A stretch of DNA of 64,000 bases from assembly GCF_000281045.1 (NCBI RefSeq), contig NW_008246127.1:57204-121203 (forward strand), in the 5' to 3' direction. The notes under the pieces are model-generated. The model did not search any database and had not been told where the DNA came from. It was given only the letters and a program-made list of their open reading frames with translations. Below, one piece after another: positions 1 through 12,546 of the stretch. The DNA is from Saprolegnia diclina VS20. Lineage: Eukaryota. The position numbers and the translations under genes are program-made. Within the stretch, counting starts at the first letter, position 1, and every line of letters starts with the position of its first letter.

Positions 1-1291
1 TGTGGGCGTTCCTGTACCATACTCCGCTTAGCCTGGTTTTAATAGCAATTGTTCTATTGCAATGCATTATTGAGAACAATTTTGTCTTCTGAATGTGGGA
101 AATTTAATTGCATGGAAAGCGTCGATTTCAGGGGAGTTGTCAAGTAGAACGTCGTCCGTTTTTTCCCTGGTTTTTGGAGTGTTAAAGGGCACTATCGACA
201 TCTCCACTGCAAACGCCGCAGCGGGCAGGAGAGTGAGGGTCTTGTGGGTGTGAAAGGCTTTAGAGCACACTTTGCACTTTGAATCCTTATCTCGGATTTG
301 GCAGAATAATTTGGCGCATTATTTTCTCCCGCGGTCCAATACCGGTATGTGGGCTCCACATTTCCCTAGTGCCTTCGAAGAAGTGGAAGAGGTTTTCCGC
401 GCAAGGCCGAGCGTTCCAGAAGATTAAGACATGAAAGCACGCACACGTTACAAGGTCCAGGCGCTGAGCAAGCGAGCTCGAGCCATCCACGAATTTGTAG
501 TATCAGTCAAAGCTAACCCGCCTCGCCCACCTCTGGCATGGCGAACACCAACGCGGTTGTTGCCCCCAAATAGCTCGGCTGGTAGCTACCACTGTCAAAC
601 TTTACATGGGTTTACTCGATCTAATCCCAACAAATCAGATGAGGCTCGACGTCGTGCAGAGTAGCTTCAAGACGCTTTCTGTGGTTGTGCAGCCCTCATC
701 TAAGCATTGAAGTGAATCGTGATACCGGTGCGAGCGGCTTAACTCCCTGCCGAAGCAGCAACTGAACAGTACATTCACAGCGTTATTACGTCGTTGGTGC
801 GCTTTTAGAAACAAGCCATATTTTAGGCTCGTTCGTTGACCCTTCCTCCATGAAAGCTGGTTACGAACATACCAACTCTGCCGTTGCCATCTCTACGCAT
901 GTCCTCCTCACGTGGACGGCTGTGTCAGTATCGTCATCTGACAACAAAGATACTCTGTCCTGCGCTATGCTCTGTTTAAGCGTCTCGGATGAAAAGGGTA
1001 TTCCCGCCACCTATTTCACGGCGATAAGCAATCCAAAGCTAGGAGCAGACACTCCACAACATTGAAACACAGCGAATAAGCTTGGTGCGTGGGACTCGTG
1101 AATTCAAGGGCTTGTTCGTGCGTCTTTGGTGTGCAATGGATACCACCACCTGTTATATATCTGATGCGCAATATCAGTCCTTTGTCTGGGAACGCACATC
1201 GCATCTGATTTGGCTAGTGTCTGAGAATTGCGTGTCGACTGCTCTCGCCGGCATCAACTACCATTGTTCTATTCGCCACAAAGAAATCACT

Positions 1292-2710
1292 ATGGTCTTC
1301 GTCGCTCGCGCACTCATCGCTGCGACCGTGGCCAGTGTCGTTGCCGCCGACGTTTCCAAGATTCACCCCAAGCTTCTCCAGAAGCTGGAGTCCTCCACGG
1401 TTGCCCAAAACATCATCGTCGAGTTCAAGGGCACTGCCGAAGAAGCGCTCGCCGCGCCCAAGCTTGAGGCAGCGTCGTTAGCGTCGCGTGCGGAACGCGC
1501 CGAGCTGGTCCGGACGACCCTTGTTGACAACGCCGCCTCAGCGCAAGCGTCCGCGCTCAAGCTCATTCAGAGCTCCAAGCTTGAGTCTGCGGCCAAGCCA
1601 ACGCAGCTCTGGATTAGCAACGCCCTCTTCATTAAAAGCGCCGAGAAGGACCTCATCAATGCTCTTGCGAAGCTGCCCGAGGTCGCCTTCGTCCGTCCCG
1701 AAGCCATGGGCCGCCTCATCACCTCCGAGATCTCGACGTCCGAAGCCGTTGCCGCCAACACCACAGAATGGGGCCTCAACATCATCCAGGCGCCGGAGGT
1801 GTGGGCCAAGGGTTACCGTGGCCAGGGTGTCGTCGTTGGTTCCATTGACACGGGTGCTCGTGCCACACACGAAGCGCTGAAGGGCAACTTCCGCAGCCTC
1901 AACGGCTGGTTTCAGCCCGAAGGTCGATCGCCTACCCCTGTCGACAACAACGGCCACGGTACGCACACGGTCGGCACGTCTGTCGGCGGCAACGGTGTCG
2001 GCGTCGCGCCCGATGCCAAGTGGATCTCGTGCGAAGGCTGCCTTCCCAGCGGCAAGTGCCCCGAGTCTGTGCTCGTGGCTTGTGCGCAGTTCATGCTCTG
2101 CCCGCACGACGCCGAAGGCAAGAACCCGCGGTGCGACCTCGCACCCCATGTCGTCAACAACAGTTGGGGCGATGACGACGAGATCCCGGACGTGCCGTAC
2201 TACAAGGGCCCAATGGCCGCGTGGCGCAAGGCTGGCATCATCCCCGTCTTCGCAAACGCCAACAGCGGCCCCAACTGCGGCACGGTGCTCAGCCCTGGCG
2301 ACTACGATAACGTCATTGGCGTCGGAGCCACGACCAACAAGGACGGTCTTGCGACGTTCAGCAGCAAGGGCCCCAACAAGTTTGGCCGCATGAAGCCCGA
2401 TATCTCAGCGCCCGGCCAAGGTGTCCGCTCGAGCTACAAGACGAGCGACACGTCCTACGCGAGCTTGAGCGGTACGAGCATGGCGACGCCTCACGTGACG
2501 GGCGCCATCGCGCTCCTCGTGTCGGCCAAGCCCGGCATCACGTATGACGAAGTGTACTCGCTCTTGACGCAGACGGTCGAGACCAAGTCGCTCATCAACG
2601 ACCCACTCACGTGCGGTGGGCTTCCGGGCGACAAGTACCCGAACAACAACTTTGGCTACGGCCGCATGAACATCTTGCGTGCCATCGAGAAGATCAAGGC
2701 GAGCTGCTAA
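1292..2710 (+). CDS. Secreted subtilisin-like serine protease (S8), intronless, with prodomain
   Basis: Signal peptide MVFVARALIAATVASVVAA from ATG 1292; catalytic triad motifs SIDTG, HGTHTVG and GTSMATPHV; oxyanion Asn in ANSGP; stop at 2710. Confidence 0.95.
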   Translation: MVFVARALIAATVASVVAADVSKIHPKLLQKLESSTVAQNIIVEFKGTAEEALAAPKLEAASLASRAERAELVRTTLVDNAASAQASALKLIQSSKLESAAKPTQLWISNALFIKSAEKDLINALAKLPEVAFVRPEAMGRLITSEISTSEAVAANTTEWGLNIIQAPEVWAKGYRGQGVVVGSIDTGARATHEALKGNFRSLNGWFQPEGRSPTPVDNNGHGTHTVGTSVGGNGVGVAPDAKWISCEGCLPSGKCPESVLVACAQFMLCPHDAEGKNPRCDLAPHVVNNSWGDDDEIPDVPYYKGPMAAWRKAGIIPVFANANSGPNCGTVLSPGDYDNVIGVGATTNKDGLATFSSKGPNKFGRMKPDISAPGQGVRSSYKTSDTSYASLSGTSMATPHVTGAIALLVSAKPGITYDEVYSLLTQTVETKSLINDPLTCGGLPGDKYPNNNFGYGRMNILRAIEKIKASC

Positions 2711-2887
2711 GTGTCGAGCTTCGAGCTAGTCGAGCTAGGTGCATTACTCGACTGCCATAATGTATTGTGAGTGAATCTTGTCGATTGTAGCTTTGAGGGA
2801 AACATTTCAGAGGTGGTTATTGAGCCTCAACACAGTACACCAGTGTAGTCTTTATTGAGCGTTGGCTTCTTTCGGGACATTATTAGC

Positions 2888-4628
2888 TTACTGCTTGCTC
2901 GCGACGAGGAATCTGTCGAGGAGGCTGCGCACCATCGGGCTCAGGTTTTGGCGCTCGTGCTACGCGAGAGTGCACATCTGTAGCTATCGTAGGCAATAGA
3001 ATACCTCAAAGCAAAACATGATGGCGCCCATGGACAAACCAAAGAGCATGACCTCGCCGTAAGGTACATCAGCGAGCCAGCGTGTGTCACGGAGCATTAT
3101 GAAGAGAGAGTCCACGGCCCGCGGTAGTACGTACAGGGCCAGCTCTACCATCGGATTGTTCTACCGTCACAAGGCCTCGTTTCGCGTCGTACCCGACCGC
3201 CGGCTCTTGGCTTCGATGAAGATGGCAAACGACGAGACGAGCCCTAGCAGAGTCCGACTAAAAACCATTTTCGTCTCTGCCCTCATGCGTACCGGCGGCA
3301 AAGTAAGCGGCTTTATGGTCGCGCTTCAAGAGGCACCGAAAGACGCATATCGCGGCCTGGTACACGGCGACGAACGAGCCCATGAAGAGCGTGGAGCGGA
3401 ATCCACCGACGACGCCTTGGAAAAGCGAGTAGATCGGTCTAAGAGATGACGTCAGCATACAATTCCCGGAGCGACCGTCCTACGTGCGAAGGAAGCGCCG
3501 GAACTGCAGCACAACCTGCGGCACGATGTTGAGCGACATATAAAGCGGCAAGGTGCTGCGCATCGCCTTGATGAGCGTGAGGAGAAAACCGTAGGAGCAC
3601 GACGTCGTTGGGTGGTGGATAAGACCGCACGGAATGCACTGCAACAACCTCATATCGAATGGGACTCCAGATAGCATGCGTACTTTGGGAAGATTGGTCG
3701 TGCTCGTATAGACAAACGGTGATCCCTTGTCGGAGAGGAAGCGCGTGATCTCCGCCGGCTCGACCGGCAGACCGCTCGTGTTGCGCTGCACAAAGTTGAG
3801 AACCTTGTAGCCGACGGGGCCAGTGCGCTGAATGAAGCTCGAGTACTCTTTCGGCAAGATAGATGGCCGCATGATGAACGTGTACATGACCTAGCGCCAT
3901 TCTTTGCTGCAAACAAACGGATCCAAGTGTACCTGGGCGGAAGTGAGACCGAAGAGCAATGAGTCACCGTGGGCCCACTGGCTGCCCCAAAAGTGCCAAG
4001 CGTCGCGAGACTTGGCACTGTTGTAGAGGCACTGAAGCGCACGTGCAAGTGCATAAAGCGCCAGCGACCGACGACTAAACTGCTGCGTCAGACGACAGAC
4101 ACTCGATACGGGGCGAGAATTTTGTACCGCTCGGGCTCGACAAACACGACAGCCGAGCCTGCCAGCGTACCCGCCAGCGCCGTCGTCATGGGATCTTCGC
4201 CGAGAGCCTCCGTTTCTTCGTTGCCGTGGCGTAGACGCCGGATAATGGCTTTGAGCGCTTGGTAGCCGCCGGTAAACCAGCCGATGAAAAGGCCCATCGA
4301 GACAGCCTCGACGCGAAAGCTAAGGTGCTTCTCGCTCAGTAGTACCTTGAGATTTGCGATGGCTTTGAACTGTCTACAGCGTCGATCGGTGGTTCTTTTC
4401 GCGCCTCGACCAAGCGCAATAGTACCTCTTTTGCAATAGCAGCACAATGCGCACGAGCACGGCGATGCCGGCGCGTACGTTGTAGGCGAGGATGAAATTG
4501 GACGCGCCGGTCTGCGCCGCAGAAGCAAGTTCTCGGAAAAGAGGCTGCTTCTCCTTCGTCGCCTCGGACGTCTCGGAGGCCATCGAGACCATCGACGCGG
4601 ACGGCGCCAACCGACTCGCAGCCGCCAT
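2888..4628 (-). CDS. TMEM135-like multi-pass membrane protein (multi-exon)
   Basis: Exons read FILAYNVRAGIAVLVRI, AVSMGLFIGWFTGGY, MYTFIMRPSILPKEYSSFI, IPCGLIHH, LPLYMSLNIVP, VRSTLFMGSFVAVYQ and end ...VRSLLDRFLVASKQ*. Start could be 4628 or 4700. Confidence 0.8.
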
Positions 4629-5126
4629 CTCGAGATCTGCGACCGACTTTGATCCGGAGATATCCGGATACAGCCATGCGGATGGCGTGCACGATGGCAT
4701 CAGAGCCCGAGCCCTACGACGTCATCGGGCGAACGGCAACTTGGCCGTTGCTGCACGGAAAGTCAGATTCATCCGACCACTCGCCATGTCACTCTGGTAT
4801 AGTTTTGACTCGCTTGAGGATATGCGACTTGAACCCGGTGCTAATTCGTAAGATGGTGCCGGTAGCTACCGCGATGGTCAAGGTACCAAGGTGGTCCCGT
4901 GGGAAGCCAATGGCGACCAGATATGCTTTGGTGACAGGACACGCGTTGCAACACCCCTCGATGATTTTCGAGATGGTTTATGTGAATCTAACGTTAGGGT
5001 AATTTTGTGGTTTTGATTGTACTATCGTCCTGGACCCTTATCGCTACGATGGTCCACGTCTTCTTTCAAAGAACGTTTCCATCGCTCAAATGAGCAAGCA
5101 CCGCACAAACGACACATCAACCTGCC

Positions 5127-6652
5127 TTATGTCGTTGAAACTTGCCAGTACATGGTGCCTTCGACGACAAACGGTCGAAGCAGTCGTCGCGACACAAGCG
5201 TGTCGAGGAAAATTTCGAGCCGCTCGAGCTCGCAGTCGGTCATTTTCTCGGACACTTCAGTCAGTGTCTACGTGCAAGAATGCTTCAGTGCTGACGAGAC
5301 CGACATAGGACGTACGAGGGCTTGGTGAGCATCTTCGCGGAAGAGACTATACAGCGTCGTCATTTGATACGCCGCGAGCCCGCGCTAGCCAAGACAACAA
5401 GAGTCAGACAACGCGAACGCAAAAGGTGTCGTACCTGGAAGGCGACGGGAAACAGAGAGAGGTCGAACGCCGGAATCGGCTCGCTTGGCGACGCAGCATA
5501 CAGAGCGTCCATGGCAGGTTGGTACGACGTGTCAGCGCCTGCAATCCGGTTCGAGAGTGGCGTGTGGGGCGTCATGACGCGCAGCTTTGTGCTTAGCAGC
5601 GGCGATCCCAGGTGCGGCGACAGGAGCGCGTCCTCGTCGTTCGACTTGGACGGTGTCTTTCGAGGCGTCTTTCGGGGCGTCGAGGTGAGCTCGGCGACGG
5701 CGCTGAACCGGCGACGGAGATTTGCCGAAGGCGTTGGTGCCCACTGCGGGGATAGCAGCACGTTGTTGAAGCCACTAGTGGCCTTGATCGCCGACGACGT
5801 AAAGTGACGCTCTGGTGTCGATGGCGTCTTGGCCTCCTCCGCCCCGTCGTCGTCTTCCTCGTTGAATGGAGTGTGCTGCAGCTGCACATGACGCGAGAGC
5901 ACAGGTATTTCGGGCGACCGCGCGTTTTGGCTCGAGAGGCCACTCGTATCGAGACCGTTGCTAGCGCCTGTGTATCGCATAGGTGTTGTCGTTGTAAGCT
6001 CGACCTGGAGCGACGACGCGGACGCCGATGTGTTCGATCGCACTGGCCGTGTCGGCGATCGAGAATACGTCGGCGCTTGGAGCACTTGGACGTTGCTCGA
6101 GAGCGTTGGGAGTTCGGGCGTCGGCATGTGGATCTCTGTGAGCGACGGGGCATTTGTCGGGGTTGCCGCCGGTGGCTTGCGCATAAAGGGGGTTCGGAGC
6201 ATGGCGGGGCTCGGGACGTCCAAAGATAAGTTGCTCTCGCTTAGCGACGATGTCGTCGCCGTTGCTCTCGCAATCTTGTGACTCGCCTTCTTCTCTTGCT
6301 CGAGCACAGTCGTCTTGAGGCGCACCTCTTGTTCGTCAATGTCGTGCATCAGAAACGAGTCGTACTGCTCGTCGGCGCCGTCCGAGGATGCAGCCATCGA
6401 CTCGTTGTGCACGCTCGTGTCGTGCGCTGAGGCAGCCTCGTGCGCTCGGGTCGGGGCTTTGGCCGTCATCGGGTCCTGAAGCTGTGCAAAGAGGTCCTGG
6501 AAGAGAAGGCAGTGCGCGTTCATCTGACGCGTCGTTGCTCCGTGGCGCCGGACGCTGCGCAAAAGGAGCGTCGCTTCCTTGTGCGCCTTGCTGAGCTGAG
6601 CGTCAATGTCCGCGAGGACAAAGGTCATCTTCTGCTCGAGCTCCTCGTCCAT
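5127..6652 (-). CDS. DASH/Dam1 complex subunit Ask1-like protein with a long S/T/P-rich linker and a C-terminal globular domain (2 short introns near the 3' end)
   Basis: N-terminus EELEQKMTFVLADIDAQLSKAHKEATLLLRSVRRHG...FQDLF resembles the Ask1 helical domain; introns about 5385-5434 and 5268-5315 give ...FQ|RGLAAYQ...HQAL|TLTEV...YWQVSTT*. Confidence 0.6.
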
Positions 6653-7098
6653 CGCTGCCCAGCTCTTCAAACACTATTTGAGCTGTAATAACGCGTAAAA
6701 ATAAGACGGTAATACGTTTTTTGTTTAAACAGAGAGGCCAACGGCTTGATTCACCATTGCAGGTCCAATTTGTGGGCATGTGAATGATCGCGTTGAGCTG
6801 CTTGCTATACATCTCCATTGATCTCTTGGCAAAGGAAGATTGCGTCGGGACTTAAGCACATCGATGGACAAACAGTGACGACAAGACCTACACTCAGACG
6901 TCTCCAACAACAATGCGGAATGACGCAGTGTGAGCTAGGGTGCTTATGAGGACCACAGTGCGCACGCCGATCAATTGGTTCGTGAGTATGTGCTTACCGC
7001 CATCTCCTCGGCTGGGTCGTAGGCGAGCTTGAGTGTGTGGAACACAGCCGTGGAGAGTAAAACGTGTTTGACCTTCAACGCCGGGTTAAAGTATACAG

Positions 7099-7168
7099 TT
7101 GGCGGGAACACGTTTGGCGTCTGGAATTAAAATATTTTTTATCTGAAATTGTGGGCGGGAACGCCCAC
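7099..7168. promoter_or_regulatory. Two E2F-like GGCGGGAA sites in the divergent Ask1-like/RAD51 promoter
   Basis: GGCGGGAA at 7101-7108 and 7154-7161; the second lies within the inverted repeat GTGGGCG-GGAA-CGCCCAC (7151-7168). Confidence 0.4.
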
Positions 7169-7308
7169 GTCCGATACATTGCCGCGTTTTTTTAAAACTG
7201 ATGAAGTAAAAATATCTTAGAGCAATAATATTATGACTTGACGGGTATTTGCGTCCTCAGTTCCCAACATTTTCCATCTTCAAGCTCAGCTCAAGCACTA
7301 CCTGAAGC

Positions 7309-8598
7309 ATGAGTGGCATGATGCAAGGAGCGCGCTATGAGCATGATGCCGAGATGGTCGAGGAAGACATGGGTCAAGCACAGATCCAGGGCCCCTGCGG
7401 GATCAATGCGCTTGAGCAGTCGGGGATCAATACCTCGGATATCAACAAGCTGAAGGACGCCGGCTTCCACACGGTTGACGCGATCGCGATGGCCACCAAG
7501 AAGCAGCTCATCGCGATCAAGGGAATCACCGAAGCCAAGGCTGACAAGATGCTAAAGGCGTCTCGTGAGATGGTCAACGTGGGCTTTACGACGGTGGGCC
7601 TTAGGCGATCCACGGTAAACAGGCACCTGATCTTTATGTCGTGCTAGGCCTCCGACGTGCTCCAAAGTCGTAAGGACCTCATCACCCTCACGACGGGCTC
7701 GACAGCACTCGACGAATTGCTCCGCGGAGGCTTCGAGACAGGCTCCATTACCGAAATGTTCGGCGAGTTTCGCACTGGGAAGACGCAGCTTTGCCATCAA
7801 CTGTGCGTTACTTGCCAACTTCCCGTCGACAAGGGCGGAGGTGAAGGCAAAGCCTTGTACATTGACACTGAAGGGACGTTCCGGCCGCAGCGCCTTGTCG
7901 CGATAGCCGAACGCTACGGCCTCGACGGTACTTGGCGCATGATCTATTGTGTCGAGTACTCATACCACGATCAAACCCTAGGCGACAGTGTCCTTGACAA
8001 CGTCGCGTTTGCTCGTGCTTACAATTCGGAGCACCAGATGCAGCTACTTTCGCAAGCATCCGCGATGATGGCAGAATCTCGATACGCGCTCGTGGTAGTT
8101 GACAGTGCCACTGCGCTCTTCCGCACCGACTATTCGGGGCGCGGCGAGCTGGCTGCTCGTCAGCAAGAATTGGCCAAGTACACGCAACATATTTTTCATC
8201 AACCAGGCGCGCGAACTTTCGTAGGTTTCTTCGCGCCCTCACGCGCATGGCAGACGAATTTGGTGTCGCTGTTGTCATCACCAACCAGGTACACCACAAC
8301 ACTAAGGATCCAGTGCAGTCACTTAGACGTCGTAGATGACAGCGAACCCGGACTCGGGGATGTTTTCGAAAGATCCGCTGCAGCCGATTGGCGGCAACAT
8401 CATGGCGCACGCCTCGTGCACGCGGTAGAGGATCGTTCATCGCGAGTGGGCGGTCCTATAATCGACGCTCGTAGGTTGCGTCTCAAGAAGGCCCGTGGCG
8501 AAAACCGGGTCATGAAGGTGATCGACTCGCCCATCCTTCCTGAAGCTGAAGCTATGTACTCGATCACGGAACAAGGGATCCAGGACGAGCAAAACTAA
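7309..8598 (+). CDS. RAD51: DNA repair recombinase RAD51 (about 5 introns)
   Basis: N-terminal HhH region [14 protein letters not shown]...[11 protein letters not shown]; Walker [60 protein letters not shown]; first intron 7594-7647. Confidence 0.96.
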
Positions 8599-8661
8599 GA
8601 ACAAATATCTAAGACTCCGCCATCTGTATGATCCGGGCTTAGCGCTTGACCAGCGCAGTGA

Positions 8662-10472
8662 TTATCGGGTCGTAGTCGTGGAGTCTTCTTGGATTTGCAC
8701 GGTTTGTTCCATGTCGTGTACCTCGGCCATAATAGCGTGAATGTCGACCCCATCGACGTCGATGCCAGGGGTGGGTTCAACAGTCGCCGATACAGGCTCC
8801 AGCGGGGTGTCGCGCGTCAGAAGTGCAGCGCGAATCTGAGCCTCGATGGTCCGCGCGATGTCTGGGTGCGCCTCAAGGAACTGCTTGGCCTACGTCATCA
8901 ACCGCATAAGTCACAACCTTCTGCGCCACGACAAAGACCTTGCTGCGTCCCTGCCCAATTGGCTCTAGTCGTACAGGTATATAAGCTTTCTAGTGCCCAA
9001 ATATATCGAGTACCATCGTTGTAGGCATACCACGAACCGGACCGCTTCATGGCGCCAACCTGCGTACCGAGGTCGAGCTAGAAGCATACATCGCGTCTTC
9101 GTGTGTATCTGTCCCTTGAGGAACGTACGATCTCGGACATGCGGTCGATGCCCTTGCCGTAAATCACGTCAAAGTTGGCGACCTTGAAGGGCGGTGCGAG
9201 CTTGTTTTTGGCCACCTTGACGACGGTTTCGTTGCCAATGACCTAATGATGTACCGACGCTTAGGACTACGTGGGGAGAGGCAACGTGTACGTTCTCGCC
9301 TTCCTTGATTTGCGTCTTGCGGCGAATATCGAGGCGAACTACGGCCAAGGAAACTTGAGCTCAACGCAGTCCAAAATAGAGTACTCGATGCATAGTAGCG
9401 CAACGCCGTGCCGCCGGATGTGACTTCAGGAGACCCGAAAATGATGCCAACCTAAGCAAGTGAAGGCTGTTTCCAAAGAAAGGTTGCAACCTTTTGGCGG
9501 ATCTGGTTGAGGAAAATGATCATGCAGTTCGACTTGGAGAGAGACCCAGTGAGCTTGCGCAACGCCTGTGCATGCCAATGAAACGGAGAACGCGGAGCTG
9601 GAATTTGCCATACCTGGCTCATGAGGCGTGCCTGCAGCGCGATCTGCTGGTCGCCCATCTCGCCCTCAAGTTCAGCGCGCGGTACTAGCGCGGCGACACT
9701 GTCAACGACGACCACGTCGATGGCTCCCGATCGAATCAGCGTGTCAGCAATTTCGAGCGCTTGCTCTCCAGAGTCGGGCTGCGACACATAAAGCTCGTCA
9801 ATGTTGACGCCTAATCAAGCGTGCGTGAAATGCAGCGATTGTTGTTTCATTCTCTGACGTACCTAGAGCCTTGGCATAGTGGCCGTCGATTGCATGCTCG
9901 GCGTCGATGAAGGCGCAAGTTCCACCCTAAACAATCAATGCACCAGTCTGGCTCTCGTACAGTGGCAAGAGCATGGAATTACGTTCTTCTGGGCTTCGGC
10001 GATGCAGTGGAGGGCAAGCGTCGTTTTGCCCGAACTTTCGGGGCCATACACCTCAATCACACGCCTATTTTATGCAGCAGTGAGCTCTCTCGTGGATACG
10101 GCGTCGCTTATGAGAGACCCGCGCGGCAGTCCGCCAATGCCGAGTGCTACGTCCAACGAGAGCGAGCCCGTAGACACAACATCAATGTCGTGGGCAACAC
10201 CGCTAGCCAAGGTTACGCATAGGGCGAACGAAGCCATGAGTATGCACTTACCTAGCGCCGAGTTGCATCACAGCGCCCTTGCCAAAGCTGCTCTCGATCT
10301 GGCGAATAGCCATCTGCAACGCTTGGCCCTTGTCGCCTGCAGAAGCGACAGTGAGCACCTAGAGCTGACCTCCATGTACGCATGTACCAGAGGCGCTCGG
10401 CGAGGCCTTGGTCTTCTTGCAGCGAACGAGCGCGCGGGCCACGATGGCAGGCGCACGAGAAAACGACAGCAT
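8662..10472 (-). CDS. recA: Bacterial-type RecA with an N-terminal organellar (mitochondrial-like) targeting extension; roughly ten short introns
   Basis: Exons read [105 protein letters not shown]; leader [22 protein letters not shown]. Confidence 0.93.
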
Positions 10473-11443
10473 CTCGACGTTCCTTCCCGAAGCTTGGTTG
10501 TGATCGATTTCGGATACAATTCACTCTATTTCACACGCTTCACACTATAAAAGTCAAGCTCGTTCGTCATCACTTTACAAGACGCTGTGATGCAAGCCTC
10601 GCTTGGCGTACTCGGTACGGAGCAAAGAAAAACCAGGTAGTGCCTGAAGACGACGCATGAATGACGCTTTGATTCTTGCAGCGCGCTCCCGGCTTGAAAG
10701 ATGTGGTCGCACAGTATATCGTTTCACACTATAATAGCTCCCGTTGCATTTGAAAAAAGAGTTTTAATGTACACATATTCACATATTGCATATTACATAT
10801 CATAGATGATGTGTTTTAAGAGGATCGATTTGGCGCCAAAGTTGCTGTTGTCGAGCGAGCGGGAACCGCTGGTATTCCAGCACTACAGCCAGTGGAGGTC
10901 AAACAACGACACTGCTTGCGTTTTCTACCGATATTATGCGGGCGAAATAAGTGATACTACCGGTACGTACGGTACCCTGGGTAAAAGCGACCAATGGCCG
11001 CACGGGCTGGAAATCCAATTCCTCCCGATGAGCCCACGGCGTCATTGTCAGCCTCGTGCAGCGCTTCGAAAATTCATGTGGATTGATTGGCTAATCGAGG
11101 CACGTTGGCTCTGGGTTGGATAAACAAACGATTGTTGACTCCAAAAATCTCTCTGATTATTGACCCTGGACTGCCCTGGACCAAAAGTGATCGCTTCTGC
11201 CTCGCACCATGCTGTCCAAATATAATGCATTGTACAGAACAATGAAATTGAATGGATCTCATAGCCCAGTACAGTATTACATGTACATTTCGGGCAAACG
11301 ACGCAAAACCGAGGTAGTGCATTCGATTTGGTTTGGAACCGCATCGCTGGGCCGATCTTTTTGAGGGTTGCGCGTGATTGTTCGGCACTCATGCGCGAAA
11401 CCTTCCGTGACCTAAATTTACGTTGCTTCACTGCGAAAACACC

Positions 11444-12164
11444 ATGTCCTTCACGCCTGCGCTCTTCAGTGACAACGGGAAGGCACTGCCGCTAGCCAAC
11501 ACGGACGAAGTGTTCATCCTAGAGCGGCCGTCGATTGCTTTCCAGTGCCTTGTCGACGGGTGCGTTCCATTCCCAGTACACGTGCAGTGGCGATGGCGGG
11601 AGTAGGCACAAGTTCAAGGCCACCGGCCGCATCTACATAACGACGCATCGGCTCGTGTTTTGCGCCGACAAGGCCGCGACGCAGCACGGCCGGTTCTTTG
11701 AAGCTTTTGTGAGCGCGTTTGTTCAACGTGCCATGTATACCCTAACGCGAACCCAGGAAATCCCACTGGATAACATTGCGGACGACAAGTTCAACCAACC
11801 AATGTTTGGCTCGTGCAACATTACTGGCGACGTCTTTCCGGTAACTCAACAGCATGCAACCTTGAGGCGCCGAAACAACTAGGTGGGCACGGACGAAGGA
11901 GACATGGCGACGCCGATCGAGTGGCGTATTTCGTTTCCGAACGGTGGCACGGGCACGTTCTTGCCCATCTTTCTTCGCCTCATGGAGCACAAGAAGCACG
12001 GTACATACGACTTGCACCATCGCCAAACCCTATACGTACATCCAGCGGGGCTCGTCGACGAGGCGTTTGCAGAGAAGCAGCGCAAGGCGTACGTGGACCC
12101 AAACGACCCAACGGTCATCTATGTTTCGCAGCCCGTGCGCCCGCGTGGTAAAGACACCGTCTAA
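11444..12164 (+). CDS. WBP2/GRAM-like (WW-domain-binding protein 2 family) protein, 4 introns
   Basis: EVFILER...GRIYITTHRLVF...EIPL..I.DDKFNQPMFGSCNITG...WRISFPNGGTGTFLPIF...AYVDPNDPTVIYVSQP. Confidence 0.8.
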
Positions 12165-12546
12165 AATCGAAGACAAAGACAAGCTGCCACATATTTTTGG
12201 CGCAACTACCTACCACCTTGTTTCGATATCTTGCTCCAAACGACTTTCACATCCACGCTTGTTGCCGTGTTGGAGGGCACCTTTCGTCTTACAACGATAC
12301 TGGATGGATGCGTTATTCAACTCCAACCACAGCAGCTTTGGTCACTATCAACCATAAAGGCTCTGTCAAACCCTCCTACTGCGGTAGAGGTGCTGCGACA
12401 CGGCGCTGCCACGTCACAGCGTGGCTTTGGGGATGTGTCAGTGCCATGCGAATTTTTCATTGGTCGATCGTGGTTTGTATACAAGACCCGACTTTCGAAG
12501 TTGCCGTTAGTTCATCTTTTGCACGGACGCCGTCACATCACCTGGC

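Noticed and set aside
1..1080. AT-richer 5' region with short ORFs
   Set aside because: No recognisable protein, transposase or RNA signature
1082..1291. Upstream extension of the subtilase ORF from a non-ATG start; similar extensions occur on UPF1, ProRS and the RING-like ORF
   Set aside because: Artefact of non-ATG start calling; the signal peptide or conserved N-terminus begins at the downstream ATG
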